NCBI RefSeq assembly: GCF_032444005.1
Contig: NC_091287.1
Location: 317,440,001 to 317,504,000, forward strand
DNA from: Ranitomeya imitator
Taxonomy: Eukaryota
Reading direction: 5' to 3'
DNA: 64,000 nt
A model generated the notes under the pieces. The model saw nothing but the letters and a program-made list of their open reading frames with translations, was not told the DNA's origin and searched no databases. A program made the translations under genes and the position numbers. Shown in pieces: positions 49,201-62,254 of the stretch; the first letter of the stretch is position 1, and each line of letters starts with the position of its first letter.

Positions 49201-51887
49201 GCTCACAGTCCTGTACTGTGTCAATGCTAAATCAACAAATGCAGTTAATATCACGGAGCACAGAGCACAGTACTGATGTTAAGACATCTGCCATGGAAAC
49301 AAAGACAAGTTTTGCTCTAAAGGAAAGTGTTGACCTTAAATGTCAAGGATCTGGGATTTCTGTAATTCAACACACTAATTCATTAAGCAGGCCAAGCTCC
49401 TTTGAGAAATCAGAGTCTGTCGAGCGCGTTTCATCTGTGCGATTGTGTGAAATTAAAAAAAACAATGTGAAAAGTTCCTTAAATGCAGTGAGTGTCACTC
49501 AAGAAGATAGGACTATTGTTTCTTCTCAGATCACACCTAATGGATCACATGAAGTAACTAAACATGATACCAAAGGAAGTCATCAGGTTGTACTTGGAGA
49601 AAGAACTGCTGCTTCTCAATCACGTCTTGTACGCCAGCATAACATTCAGGTTCCAGAGATTTTGGTTACGGAAGAACCAGATAAAAATCCAGAAAATCAA
49701 ACTATTGATCCAGAAATTCAAGAAAAATTTACTTGGCCACAGCGGAGTGGGAGTCTTTCTAGTTTGCCAACAGAAAAGCTCCCTCCAAAAAAGAAGCGTA
49801 TTCGACTTGCTGATCTTGATAACTCATCTGCTGAATCAAGTTTTGAATCCACTATTTCAAGAAGTTTAAGTCGTGAGAGCAGCTTATCTCGTACATCAAG
49901 TTTTTCAGCTTCATTTGAAAAAGAAGAGTTTTCAAAATCTGAAAATGTTCCAAAAACAGACAGCATAAATAAATCATCTGAATTTCTAACAATTCCTACT
50001 GGCTTAAATATATTTGGTGCTCCTAGGGAAATGAGAAGAGCTGCGTCTGAGCAAATAAGCTGTACACAATCATCCATGGAGGTCACAGACTACAGAAGTA
50101 AATCGTTTGATTGTGGAAGCATGTCTCGATCAAGATCTATGTCACCAGTAAACATTGTGACTTCAAGATCCTCTCTTGTATGTAGCACAAGTAGTGGGCA
50201 TGTTCCTCTGTTGGAAAGGAGAAGGGGACCACTTGCAAAACAAATATCTCTAAGTATCTCAGAAACAAGTATTTCTCCAGGTAAATCAAAAATTTCAGAA
50301 AATCCTACATTAACTCAACCAAATGTGCATAATATAAACCGAACTCTAACAGAAGTAAATGTATGCTCTAAAGAGAACAGTAGACATACACATGTATATG
50401 ACCAGCAATTAGAAAAGTCAAAGCTCACAAATGTTTCTGACAATATAGGCTCTGTGAATGCATCTAAAACTACCTTGTTTAAAAAGGATTTTCCTAATGG
50501 TATGCAAAGTAAAACAACCGGAGACCATAAAGAAAAGCATATGTTGCCCAATAAAAAATATGAATGTAAGCCAAATTTTGCCCCAAAATATCAGTTAGAA
50601 TGTTTGAAAGCTCCGGAGAGTCAGTCCTATTCTATCAAACCTGTTACAATAATTTTGCCAAATAGCCCTTCCAGAGACTCTACTATCACTTCGCAAAATT
50701 TACAGACTGATGTTAAAGATGGTTTGTCCAATGTTAGTCAAACTTTTCAAAAACAAAACCAAGTGTACTGTAATTATCAGTCTAGTCAGTCAGTATTTGT
50801 GCCAGTCCATAACTATAGTAGTTCTTTATATTATGGATATTCTGCAATTACATCTCTTCCTGAGATTTTAGTGACTCAAGATAAAGGAAATTCCATTGTT
50901 TGCAAAGCGAATTCAACCCCGGTATCAGAGACTACAGACCCATTGTGTATGCCAAAGTCTCAAGAAGATCACAGCAGTTCTTTGATGGGCTCCGTTAAAA
51001 ATTTTGAAAATTGTCTTCCACGATCTGTGCCACAAAAAGTGCCAGCAGTCGGTCTTTTTCCTCATCCAGAGACCTCAGCTTCAAGTAAGCGTATGCTTTC
51101 TCCTGCAAACAGTCTGGACATTGCAATGGAAAAACAGCAAAAACGTGTTAAAGATGAAAGTGGGGCTGCATGCAATACGAATAATCAAAATGTGCATTTG
51201 TTAAATATGAAGACTGCTGAACATGTAAAGCAAAGAAAGCCAATGCTAGTTAGACAGTTTTGCACTACAGACCCAGGTGAAAGCTTAGATCATGATATTT
51301 CTCAAGTGACATATATTCCCGAGAATCATTCTCCTGGAGCACACCCAACCAAATTCCAGTCATCAACAAATGCTGCCTCTGATGGGAAAGAAGACTATGA
51401 GAAAATTCAATCTGTAGAAGCGTGTCCAACTGTACGAATGTCACCAGAGCCATCTCCTTTGAACACTCCGACAAGTTCTTTAAAGCCAACATATAGTAGT
51501 CAAGAGAGGAGATCGCCTGTTTCTTCTAAAACTATCCATATTCAAGGCCAAGTAAAGCTCTCTTCAGCAATCTCTGTTGTTAATGCTGGTGATATGCACC
51601 GTCTGTCCTTTCCAAGTCTCAAGACGTCAACAAGTTTTACTTGGTGTTACCTTTTGAAGCGAAAGCCAATAGCCTTTCCTCAGAATGACCAAAAGACTTC
51701 TGCTTATGCTTCCTGGACTATTAGTTCTAATAACCCCAATCCACTTAATTTACCCACAAAAGCTGCACTTTCTTTGCTGAATTCAAAACAAAAGGGTGAG
51801 AAGTTCATCTTTACTTTAGTTAAAAATTCCCATCAAAAACATGACACCCTGGTATATTCAAGCAAATGGAAAAGCAATTCAAAAAAG
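46216..51887 (+). CDS. HIVEP1: HIVEP1 giant coding exon (5672 nt): N-terminal C2H2 finger pair, isolated C2HC finger, Ser-rich regions, basic NLS-like motifs
   Basis: Acceptor tgcag at 46211-46215, donor gtaata at 51888, open frame throughout. Motifs: [77 protein letters not shown] (~47232-47393); [29 protein letters not shown] (~48864-48950); PPKKKRIRL. These fit HIVEP1 better than HIVEP2/3. The TTG start in the ORF track is an artefact. Confidence 0.96.
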
Positions 51888-53107
51888 GTAATACACCACT
51901 CCCCTTACTAATAATGTATACAAGAAAGGATCTTCAGGATTGTTTGTATAGATTGTTTCATTTGTGTTTGTTTGAAGGGGAATCTGTTAACAGATTTTTT
52001 TTTTGCTATGTAATCTGAGAGCAGTATGATTTATAGACCGAGATCTTGATTGTATCACTTACTAGTCTGCATGCTGTCGTTTTGATACAATCACTGTTTT
52101 TGTGCTGCAAATCATCTAGCAATCCTTTGAATGCTGAGCTATGTTAAACCCTGCCCCAAACCACTGGTTGGCACCTTTTTGTGTACACTGTAAATTGTCA
52201 TAAAGCTGCTAATAAGTGGTAGGGTCAGGGTTATACAGAGGAGTAGCCCTAAATAGCATGAGACAACTAGTCCTCTACTGATAATCTCCTGCTAATAAAA
52301 CTGATTTTATTGAAACTGCAGCAAGCAGCCCACTAAGTGATACATCAATGTGGGTTTCTTCCCTCCCCTACCTCACGCTACTCTTCAGAAGGATTCTGTC
52401 AGCAAGCTTTTACAAACTCATCTGAGAACTGCATTTTATAGGCAGAGAGACCCTGAATCCAACTATGTATCACTTAGTTTACTGAGGGCAGCCGTTCCGA
52501 CACTGTGTTTTTAAATTTAGCAATGCAACAATTCTAAGAAAGCTGCCCCATTCACACTAGGCTCTGTATATATAATGTCTATAGACAGTGAGCTGCTTAA
52601 CACAGGGGGCAGAGTCGAACTTGGGCTCTTGTGCTGCTGTGTCCGAACAATGATGAGCTACTGGTGCTAAAACAATCATTGCAAGTAAACAGGACGGAGC
52701 TTGATACGAAGAGGCATCACTGAAATCTGTATTTAAAACAGCATACGGTCTTCAGATTGCATATCAAGCACCTACCTGCTGACGGATTCCCTTTAGGTTT
52801 TTCAATTACTATCAGTTGTAAAAACCATCATTATTTTGTGTCCAAATACGTAAAACCCCTAGAGTTTTTGAAAGTTTTTTTTTTCTGTTGCCCCTTATTC
52901 CTGACTATATCCTGTAGATTATATTGCCAATGTTCCCTGTACATAATATATAAGTAAATCGGAAGTTGGAGCAGTAAAATGATGTTTTACTTTAAGAAAT
53001 ATGGGCATTTTTCTATTTTCTTCCATGACTGTATCTATGTTTTGATTTTGAAATGTTGTGTTTCCACTAGAACATTATGTATTTTCTTTTTCTTTCCTGG
53101 ATATTAG

Positions 53108-53232
53108 TCCTCTCACCACAAGGCTTGTAATCCAATGGATGAACCAAAAAGTATTGATGCAAGTAGTGATCATGATAAGGAACCTTTCCCAAATCGAAGT
53201 GAGCCACGAAGAGTGAAGATTTTTGATGGAGG
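53108..53232 (+). CDS. HIVEP1: HIVEP1 coding exon (125 nt), SSHHKAC...EPRRVKIFDGG, ending at a GC donor
   Basis: Acceptor tattag at 53102-53107, in phase 0 with the previous exon. The conserved EPRRVKIFDGG ends at GG|gcaagt, in frame with exon 57152. Confidence 0.88.
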
Positions 53233-54340
53233 GCAAGTCATTGTTTTATTGAATATATATCAGTGAACATTGTCTCAGATCCTAATGTCCAAGAATAAAT
53301 TTATAGGTTTCCATTAAGAGCAAATATGTTAAAAAAATAAATAAATAAACTCCTGAATCCAAATGCAATTGTAATCATTTCCATCTGAGTTCCTCACTCC
53401 CATTCTGTCTGAATGCAGTGGAAACCAGTATACTCAACTACTGCTTCATTTAAAGGGAAGGTGCCATCAAAAAGAAAAATTTTTCCAACGATTGAAAAAA
53501 TGTAAAGAATTAATGTTTAAATTTTGCTAAAAAGTATTATCATTTGTTTATAATTTAATAAAATATGAAAAATAATTTTAAAAGGTTTGACATTTCCACT
53601 TTTAAACACTAGAGGGAGCAGCTAATGAAATTTGACAAAAACCTATTGTACAACTAGCTCACATTACTGCACTGCAGTAATTATGGGCGGAGTCTGCTGA
53701 CATGAGTGTTCTCTCTCTTCCCTTTCTGGGTGTTTCCTAAGGGATAAGAGACAATGATATTCAGGAACCCAGTGAGAAGCCTTTTGGTGACTGCAAAATT
53801 ATACTGACAAGTAGACCGTCACCGAGGATGGCAGGCAGCAAGGATTCTGGGAGATATATGGTGGAGGGAGCAGGGTGACAGCAGCACAGAGTATTTCAGG
53901 AGACTAGTGTGCAGGTCTATGAGGGGCACCATGTTCGGTGCGCGGAGCAGCCAGGGATTGTACATAGAGCGCTGTCTTTTATACACATGGATGGACCATC
54001 TGCTTGTCTGCTCCGCAGAAATCCATTAAACATTTCTGTGGATTGATGGCCTGTTCTGATGCAGACTTTGCATGCAAAGACCCCATTCCCCTCCTCAGCT
54101 CCTGTCCTGGCGATGTGTGAAAGCGAGGTGACAGGCACAGTCGAGGTGACAGGCACAGTCGGGGTGACACTGGAGGGAAATCTAGCCATATAGTAACGAT
54201 AAAAATGAGATGCCTCTCTTCAGCTGCCTCACCAGCCTTCTCCTGATGGCACCTAACTGGAGGTCATGCTGCCCCTTCTATTACCCCAGACCCGTGTGCA
54301 GGTGCTCAGCCAGAACCACCCTAGATTCGGTCCCCTTTCT

Positions 54341-54925
54341 GAAGATAATACTGCCATAGTGTTCTCACATAATACCGCCATATAGATCACACATAATACT
54401 GTCCTATAGTTCTCACATAATACCATCATATAGATCGCAAATAACGACGCCATAGTGTTCTCACATAATACCGACATATACTTCACACATAATACCGCCA
54501 TATACTTCACACATAATACAGCCATATAGGTCACACATAACAACGCCATATAGATCACACATAACGACGCCATATACTTCACACATAATACCGCCATATA
54601 CTTCACACATAATACCGCCATATACTTCACACATAATACCGCCATATACTTCACACATAATACCGCCATATACTTCACACATAATACCGCCATATACTTC
54701 ACACATAACGATGCCATATAGATCTCACATAATACCGCCATATACTTCTCACATAATACCGCCATATACTTCACACATAATACTGCCATATACTTCACAC
54801 ATAATACCGCCATATACTTCACACATAATACTGCCATATACTTCACACATAATACCGACATATACTTAACGCATTATACCGCCATATAGATCACACATAA
54901 TACCACCATATAGATCACACATAAC
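54341..54925. repeat. 24-bp minisatellite, about 24 copies
   Basis: Unit cacataataccgccatatacttca. Confidence 0.95.
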
Positions 54926-54939
54926 AGGGGGAGAGAGGA

Positions 54940-55795
54940 ATGCATAGTATAGGATTAGAAACACGGCCCAGCAGTCAGTATCACACATAGGAGGATTAGA
55001 TACACAGCTCAGCAGTCAGTATCATACAGGGTAGGATTAGATACACGGCTTAGCACAAAGTATCCCACAGGAGAGGATTAGATACACGTCTCAGCACAGT
55101 ATCATACAGGATAGGATTAGGTACATGGCTCAGCAGACGGAATCACACAGGAGAGGATTAGATACATGTCTCAGCACAGTATCACACAGGGTAGGATTAG
55201 ATACATGGCTCAGCAGACAGCATCACACAGGAGAGGATTAGATACATGTCTCAGCACAGTATAACACAGGATAGGATTAGGTACATGGCTCAGCAGACAG
55301 CATCACACAGGAGAGGATTAGATACATGTCTCAGCACAGTATCACACAGGGTAGGATTAGATACATGGCTCAGCAGACAGCATCACACAGGAGAGGATTA
55401 GATACACGTCTCAGCACAGTATCACACAGGATAGGATTAGGTACATGGCTCAGCAGACAGCATCACACAGGAGAGGATTAGATACATGTCTCAGCACAGT
55501 ATCACACAGGGTAGGATTAGGTACATGGCTCAGCAGACAGCATCACACAGGAGAGGATTAGATACACGTCTCAGCCCAGTATCACACAGGGTGGGATTAG
55601 ATACATGGCTCAGCAGACAATATCACACAGGAGAGGATTAGATACACAGCTCAGTCAGTATCACACAGGATAGGATTAGATACATGGCTCAGCAGACAGT
55701 ATCACACAGGAGAGGATTAGATAAACAGTTCAGTCAGTATCTCACAGGATAGGATTAAATACATGGCTCAGCAGACAGTATCACACAGGATAGGA
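54940..55795. repeat. 39/41-bp alternating minisatellite (80-bp dimer)
   Basis: Unit A ggagaggattagatacatgtctcagcacagtatcacaca alternates with unit B gggtaggattagatacatggctcagcagacagcatcacaca. Confidence 0.9.
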
Positions 55796-57151
55796 TTTTT
55801 TTAAAATATTTTTCAAAAAAGAGGCAGCACTCCATCATTTCAGTGTTAGACGTGCATGAGTTTAATCAACCCACTTGTCTGGGCAACTTTTTGGGTCTGA
55901 ATGAGCCTTTCTCAAGGATAGGATTAGATACACGTCTCAGCACAGTAACACACATGGAAGGAGATACATTGCTCAGAGTCAGCATCACAAAGGATAGGAT
56001 TAGATTGCCTCTCCCCATCCCCCGCCGATATTACTTCACTGCTGCCGGCGCTGCTCCTTTCTCCCTCCTGTGCCGTCCTTGGTCTCCTCCTCCTATAACC
56101 GCAGGGCTCCTGCGATTATACTGGGAAACTGGAGCTCACAGACACACTGTGAGCTCCAGAAAGATGGTGCCGATCTCCTGCCTCTGCTGTGATGTGGACG
56201 GCTCGGGGGACGCGGCCAGATCACAGCAGGGAGCAGCTCAATGTAAAGTATAGGGTCGGACGCCGACCGCAGTCTCCTTTGCCCAGGGCTGCCGTGTTTG
56301 CAGAGTATGAGTGTCTTGCAGCTACACTTACACTCCTGCAAAGCAAAATGGCGGCGCCCAGTGGCTGAAAAAAAAAGTAATAATTTAAAAAAAAAATGCT
56401 AAAGTTAAAAAATTTAAATTTGTATTAAAAATAATTGTTTATATAAACAATTATTTTTAATACAAAAAATAAAATGGGGCACCTTCCCTTTAAACTCTGC
56501 ATTGCCCTTTGATGCAACTGGAGAGAAGGGAAACCTGAGTGATAACTGTGTGTGGCTGGAAGACTTTAAAGTGAACCTGTATCTCATTTGCAGGCGGAAT
56601 GTTATAGAGCAGAAGGAGCCAATCAGATTGATATACATTTTTATGGGAAAAGTTTCAGTATAACTTTCATTTTGTTATCTATTTATTATTGAAATTCCTG
56701 GTGTTTGTATGCATACGAGTCTAGTGGGCGTGATGTCAGTATTCTAAGTTCCCTGCCCCTAGTATTATAATCACACGCCACCATGTTCATCTGTTATTGG
56801 CTCCGCTCTGGTTGGTCTTCTGCAGGTTGTGACCTGTCGGATTGCTCCAGTACTTGCTGGATGAGCCGGAGGTCACTACTCAGTGTAAGTCTGAAAGCCA
56901 GAATGAGACCCTCATAGACTTACATTGGGAACTTGTGACCGTTACCGAAGAATTCCGGTCAGTCACAAGATGGTGGCGTGGAACTGAAGCGGCGCCAGGA
57001 AGAGTAGAAGTGATTGGCTGCTAAGTATATTGCCAGGGGCAGGAAACTGAAATAAAGCACCATTCATCAAGTTTTTTTTTAAAGTGAATTACGTTACTTT
57101 TCATTTTTGTTTAGCATGTTAATGCGACTATTTTTTTTTTTTTTTTACTAG

Positions 57152-57327
57152 GTTTAAGTCAAATGAAGAATATGTTTACGTACGTGGCAGAGGAAGAGGA
57201 AAGTATATTTGTGAAGAGTGTGGGATAAGATGCAAAAAGCCTAGCATGTTGAAGAAGCATATTCGTACGCACACAGATGTCCGGCCATACCATTGCAACT
57301 ACTGTAACTTTTCGTTCAAGACAAAAG
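57152..57327 (+). CDS. HIVEP1: HIVEP1 coding exon (176 nt): C-terminal C2H2 finger pair, first part
   Basis: Poly-T acceptor ...tttactag and donor gtattc. Translates (G)[58 protein letters not shown](G). Confidence 0.96.
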
Positions 57328-57395
57328 GTATTCTTAATTCACATACTATTTACATCACATTTTCTAGTGAGACTTTTTTTCCTGTATCTATTTAA

Positions 57396-58572
57396 CCCCT
57401 TAACGACCGCCGATACGCCTTTTAATGTCGGCAGTTAAGAGTACTTCTTCCTCAGCTACGCTTTTTAAGGTCGCTGGGAAATAAGGGTATAGCGTCCCCA
57501 GCATCGGGAAATCTCCAGGGTCTCAGCTACCCGGGGTAACTGAGACTTTGGAGAACATGATCAAGCCTGGGTTTTACGGTCCCCTGTCACGTGATTGCTG
57601 TTATTTACCGAACAGCGACAGAAAAAAAAAAGCAGATTTGAACTTATTTTCTCTCTCCTCTGATATGATCTATCATATTAGAGAAGAGAGAAATGGGGTC
57701 CCCCGAACTGCCTTATACCTCTGCCATCCCCCGGTCCCCTGGCCGTCCGCTTCATCTTCCTGGAAAAAAAATGTTGGGCGCATGCGCAATGTTCACTATG
57801 ATAGACCCTATTGCAGTGATCAAAATAAAAAAAGTAAATCAACTCCCCCTTGGTCACCTTCTTAGTTATATTTGGTGCATCATATCCGAGCACCCGATGC
57901 AAACTGGAGTAGCGAGCACTTGACATAAAAAATAAAAAAAAATAAAACTAATTGCGACGTATTTAAAAAAGTTAATTGTTGATATTTTTTTCCTTCTTGC
58001 ATTGCTTCAGTTCTCGTGATGCACCTGAAGGGTTAATAAACTTTTTGAATGTGGTTTTGAGCACCTGGAGGGGTGCAGTTTTTAGAATGGTGTCACTTTG
58101 GGGTATTTTCTCCCATATAGGCCCCTGAAAGTAACTTCAAATGTGATCTGGTCCCTAAAAAAAAATTGCTTTGTAAATTTTGTTGTAAAAATGAGAAATC
58201 GCTGGTCAACTTTTAACCCTTATAACTTTCTAACAAAAAAAATATATGTTTCCAAAATTGTAAAGTGTGGGATATGTGGGAAATGTTATTTATTAACTAT
58301 TTTGTGTGACATAACTCTCTGATTTAAGGGCATAAAAATTAAGTTTGAAAATTTCAAACTTTTCATCAAACTTCCATTTTTTTCACAAACGCAAGTTGTA
58401 TCGAAGAAATTTTACCACTATCATGAAGTACAATATGTCACATAAAAACATTCTCAGAATCAGTGGGATCCATTGAAGCGTTCCAGAGTCATAACCTCAT
58501 AAAGTGACAGTGGTCAGAATTGTAAAATTTGGCCTGGTCATTAAAGTCGAAATTGGCTCGGTCACTAAGGGG
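57396..58572 (-). mobile_element. piggyBac-like non-autonomous element
   Basis: TTAA|CCCCTTAACGACCG ... CGGTCACTAAGGGG|TTAA; the right half is the reverse complement of 30990-31500. Confidence 0.82.
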
Positions 58573-59397
58573 TTAAACCCCTTCATGCCATGGCCATTTT
58601 TTGTGTTTTTGTTTTAATTTTTTTCCTCCCCTTCTTCCAAGAGCCATAACTTTTTAGATTTTTCTGTCAGTATAGCTGGAAGAGAGCCTATTTTTTTCAG
58701 GACAAGTTGTGCTTTTGAATGACATCATTCATTTTTATCTTGTGATGCACTGTAAAGCAGGAAGAAAATTCCAAGTGCGCTGAAATTAAAACAAAAAGTG
58801 CAATTTCACTTTTTTTTTTAATCTACTATCTTCACTAAGCGATAAAACTGACCTGGCAATATAGTTCTCCAGGTCTGTATAAGTATTTTTTTTATTTAAG
58901 TGGTGAACATAAGCGCCTCTGAAGGTGGGTTTACGCTTCCCAAGTTCAGAGGCACACTGCACATGCCCGGAAACGCAGAAGCAAACGCTTCATCGACTAG
59001 TCAAAAGGTTCATTTGCATATGATACACTAACTTTATAAGTTACTTTTTCAAAAGATTTGTTTGTGTCCAACGTAATAAAGGGCTTGTTAGGCAGGGAAT
59101 ACAGATGGGAAGAAGCAACTGCTCTTAGTTTGGGGGGGATGGGGTGGACCTGTCAGGTTTCTTTTAACAAGACCAGAAAATGATGATCGGGCAGTGAGGA
59201 CCTCTTCGTAAATAATTCTGGTTAGAATACACAATGTATAATATTAGTTTCTATGTTAACATTCTGGGGTTTCTCAAAAGAACAATTTCATTCTAGAACA
59301 GGAAAGAAAACCTTCAGAATGTTCACACATTTAATACTGTAAGATTGTGTTATTCACTAAAACAGAGACCATAACAAGCCCCAAGATCATTATTTAA

Positions 59398-61619
59398 CCC
59401 CTTAGTGACCAGACCATTTTTTTTTATCTGACCAGTGTCACTTTATGTGGTAATAACTCTGGAATGCTTCACACATCCCATTGATTTTGAGTTTGTTTTT
59501 TCGGGACACATTATACTTTATGATAATGGCAAATTTAGGTTAATATGATATGCATTTATTTATAAAAAGTCAGAAATTTGATAAAATTGTTTAAAAATGT
59601 GCAATTTTCAAACTTTGATTATCCCTTTAATCCAGTTAATAATAATAATAAATAATAATAATTTTATTTATATAGCGCCAACATATTCCGCAGCGCTTTA
59701 CAAATTATAGAGGGGACTTTTACAGACAATAGACATTACAGCATAACAGAAATCACAGTTCAAAACAGATACCAAGAGGAATGAGGGCCCTGCTTGCAGG
59801 CTTACAAACTATGAGGAAAAGGGGAGACACGAGAGGTGGATGGTAAAATTGCTTTAGTTAGTCGGACCAGCCATAGTGTAAGGCTCGGGTGTTCATGTAA
59901 AGCTGCATGAACCAGTTAACTGCCTAAGTATGTAGCAGTATAGACACAGAGGGCTATTAACTGCATAAAGTGTATGAGAACATGATGCGAGGAACCCAAT
60001 TATGTTTTGTTTTGTTTTTTTGAATGGGCCACACAGGTATAGTTAGGTTAATGCGTTGAGGCGATAGGTCAATCTGAACAAATGAGTTTTTAGGGCACGC
60101 TTAAAACTGTGGGGATTGGGGATTAATCGTATTAACCTAGGTAGTGCATTCCAAAGAATCGTCGCAGCACGTGTAAAGTCTTGGAGACAGGAGTGGGAGG
60201 TTCTGATTATTGAGGATGCTAACCTGAGGTCATTAGCGGAGCGGAGGGCACGGGTAGGGTGGTAGACTGAGACCAGAGAGGAGATGTAGGGTAGTGCTGA
60301 GCCATGGAGAGATTTGTGGATGAGGGTAGTAGGTTTGTACTGGATTCTTGGGTGGATGGGTAACCAGTGTAATGCCTGGCACAAGGTAGAGGCATCGGTG
60401 TAACGGTTGGTGAGGAATATGATCCTGGCAGCAGCATTCAGGACAGATTGGAGCGGGGAAAGTTTGGTAAGAGGGAGGCCGATTAGTAGAGAGTTACAAT
60501 AGTCCAGACGAGAATGAATAAGTGAAACCGTAAGAGTTTTTGCAGAGTCGAAAGTAAGAAAAGGGCGAATTCTATAAATGTTTTTGAGATGCAGATAAGA
60601 AGAGCGAGCCAGTGATCGGATGTGGGGGGTGAATGAAAGCTCGGAATCAAGTATGACCCCAAGGCAGCGGGCATGTTGCTTTGGAGTAATGGTGGAACCA
60701 CACATGGAGATGGCAATGTCAGGCAAAGGTAGGTTAATAGAGGGAGAAAACACGAGGAGTTCAGTTTTTGACAGGTTCAGATAGAGGGAGGACATGATGT
60801 TAGAGACAGCGGTAAGACAATCACTGGTGTTTACTAAAAAGGTCGGCGTGATAACAGGAGAAGAAGTGTATAATTGGGTGTCGTCAGCATAGAAATGGTA
60901 CTGGAAACCAAATCTACTGATTGTATACTGCCCCATTGGACAAACAAAGAGAAGAGGAGGGGGCCTAGGACTGATCCTACAAAATACTATACTATAACTT
61001 AACATTAATAAATAACATTTTCCTCATGCCTGCTTTACATCAGCACCATTTGTAAAATGACATTTTATTTTGTTAGCATTTTAGGAGGTTTTAAAAATGT
61101 AGCAGTCATTTTTCATTTTTTTCAAGGAGATTTACAAAACCTATATTTTTAGGGACCTATCCAGGTTTGAAATGACTTTAAAGGTCCTATATATTGGGAA
61201 AAAAAACCTCAGGTGCTTTTCAGGAATTAATGCAAAGTGACATGACAGGAATGAATAAGTTTATTTTTACCACCTAATTGATAAGTTCTGAACAGGTCAC
61301 TATGGCTGGAAGACTTTAAGGCCATTATTTGACCATGAATTGCCGTCGCAAACATCAGGACTACATGATGAATATCTCAGGGCGCTGATGGAAGAGGAAG
61401 CCCCCACACTCTGTTAATCATCTAAATTCCATAGTCGTTATTGATAGCAGCATCTAAGGGGTTAAACAGATATGGACGGTGCCAACACTGACCGTGGCTG
61501 ATGCAGCAAGTTGTCAGCTATAGTGTACAGCCAGCAGCTGCTGGATTGTCACCTGTATGGGGAGGCTAGTCTCTTATATCGCAGGTCAGTAAGAAGACAT
61601 ATTGGAGGTCATTAAGGGG
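59398..61619 (+). mobile_element. piggyBac-like non-autonomous element interrupted by an L2 LINE
   Basis: TTAA|CCCCTTAGTGACC ... GGTCATTAAGGGG|TTAA. Confidence 0.78.
59640..60977 (-). mobile_element. 5'-truncated L2 (CR1-group) LINE: C-terminal reverse transcriptase fragment, 3' UTR and (ATT)n tail
   Basis: GSVLGPLLFSL at the truncation point (frameshifted), FYADDTQLY, LNLSKTELLVF, LGVILDSELSF, SRLDYCNSLL, LHWLP; stop at 60043; tail at 59640-59665. Confidence 0.93.
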
Positions 61620-62152
61620 TTAAACTCTGTCTAATTTTACACTTGTGGCCACTTCAGTTATGGTGGGGTTTACACTATCTGAGTGGATATTACAAGTGGT
61701 GTGACCTTGATACAAGGCACGAATGGTAAGTTCCCGAATCTCTTTATCCATGTTGGTCTTATTGACGTAGAGGAGAGTTAAACAGGGCTCATCCCCCAGC
61801 TGCAGAATTTTTTACAGCAGCATGTTAATTTTTGTTGCTGAATTTGCCCTTTTAGATTGAAGGGTTATTTATTACATAATAGTGACTGCAGTTTTAATTG
61901 CTATTCTTGTGGTCAAAATTATTAGAACCTGAGCCTGTCACGGTTTCCTGCCCTCAGCTCTAAAACAAATCAACCATGGCATAGTATTAAATAAAAGCCT
62001 TAATGCTAGTGTGTCCAGAGCATAATACATTGACACTTTTATATTTCCAAAAAAATTCAAATATTGGAACACTTTATACCAAAATAAGTATTTAGTTAAA
62101 TTGCATTGTGTATGCTGTAACTATAGTCATTCATGTGCTTGCTTTGTTTTAG

Positions 62153-62254
62153 GCAATTTGACAAAACACATGAAATCTAAAGCTCACAGCAAGAAGTGCA
62201 TGGACATGGGCATAGCAGTCTGTCCGGTAGATGATCAGGATACCGATGATTCTG
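62153..62254 (+). CDS. HIVEP1: HIVEP1 coding exon (102 nt): end of the last zinc finger and start of the acidic region
   Basis: Acceptor tttgttttag and donor gtgaga. Translates (G)[33 protein letters not shown]. Confidence 0.95.

Larger units (their letters stand above)
53454..56489. mobile_element. 3-kb Kolobok/T2-like non-autonomous element carrying two minisatellite arrays
   Basis: TTAA|AGGGAAGGTGCC ... GGCACCTTCCCT|TTAA; fills most of the intron 53233-57151. Confidence 0.82.

Noticed and set aside
47387-51492. Several short ORFs overlapping the giant exon on either strand
   Set aside because: Expected alternate-frame noise with no independent support.
54253-54861. 202-aa ORF (MAVLCVKY)n and its 81-aa companion
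   Set aside because: Translation of a 24-bp minisatellite; no splice or homology support.
54341-55795. CRISPR-like appearance of the tandem arrays (also 18680-19190)
   Set aside because: Head-to-tail repeats with no unique spacers, no cas genes, and a eukaryotic intron context.
58960-59005. gaaacg...cttcatcga motif resembling hammerhead parts
   Set aside because: The two core halves are on opposite strands, so no hammerhead fold is possible.
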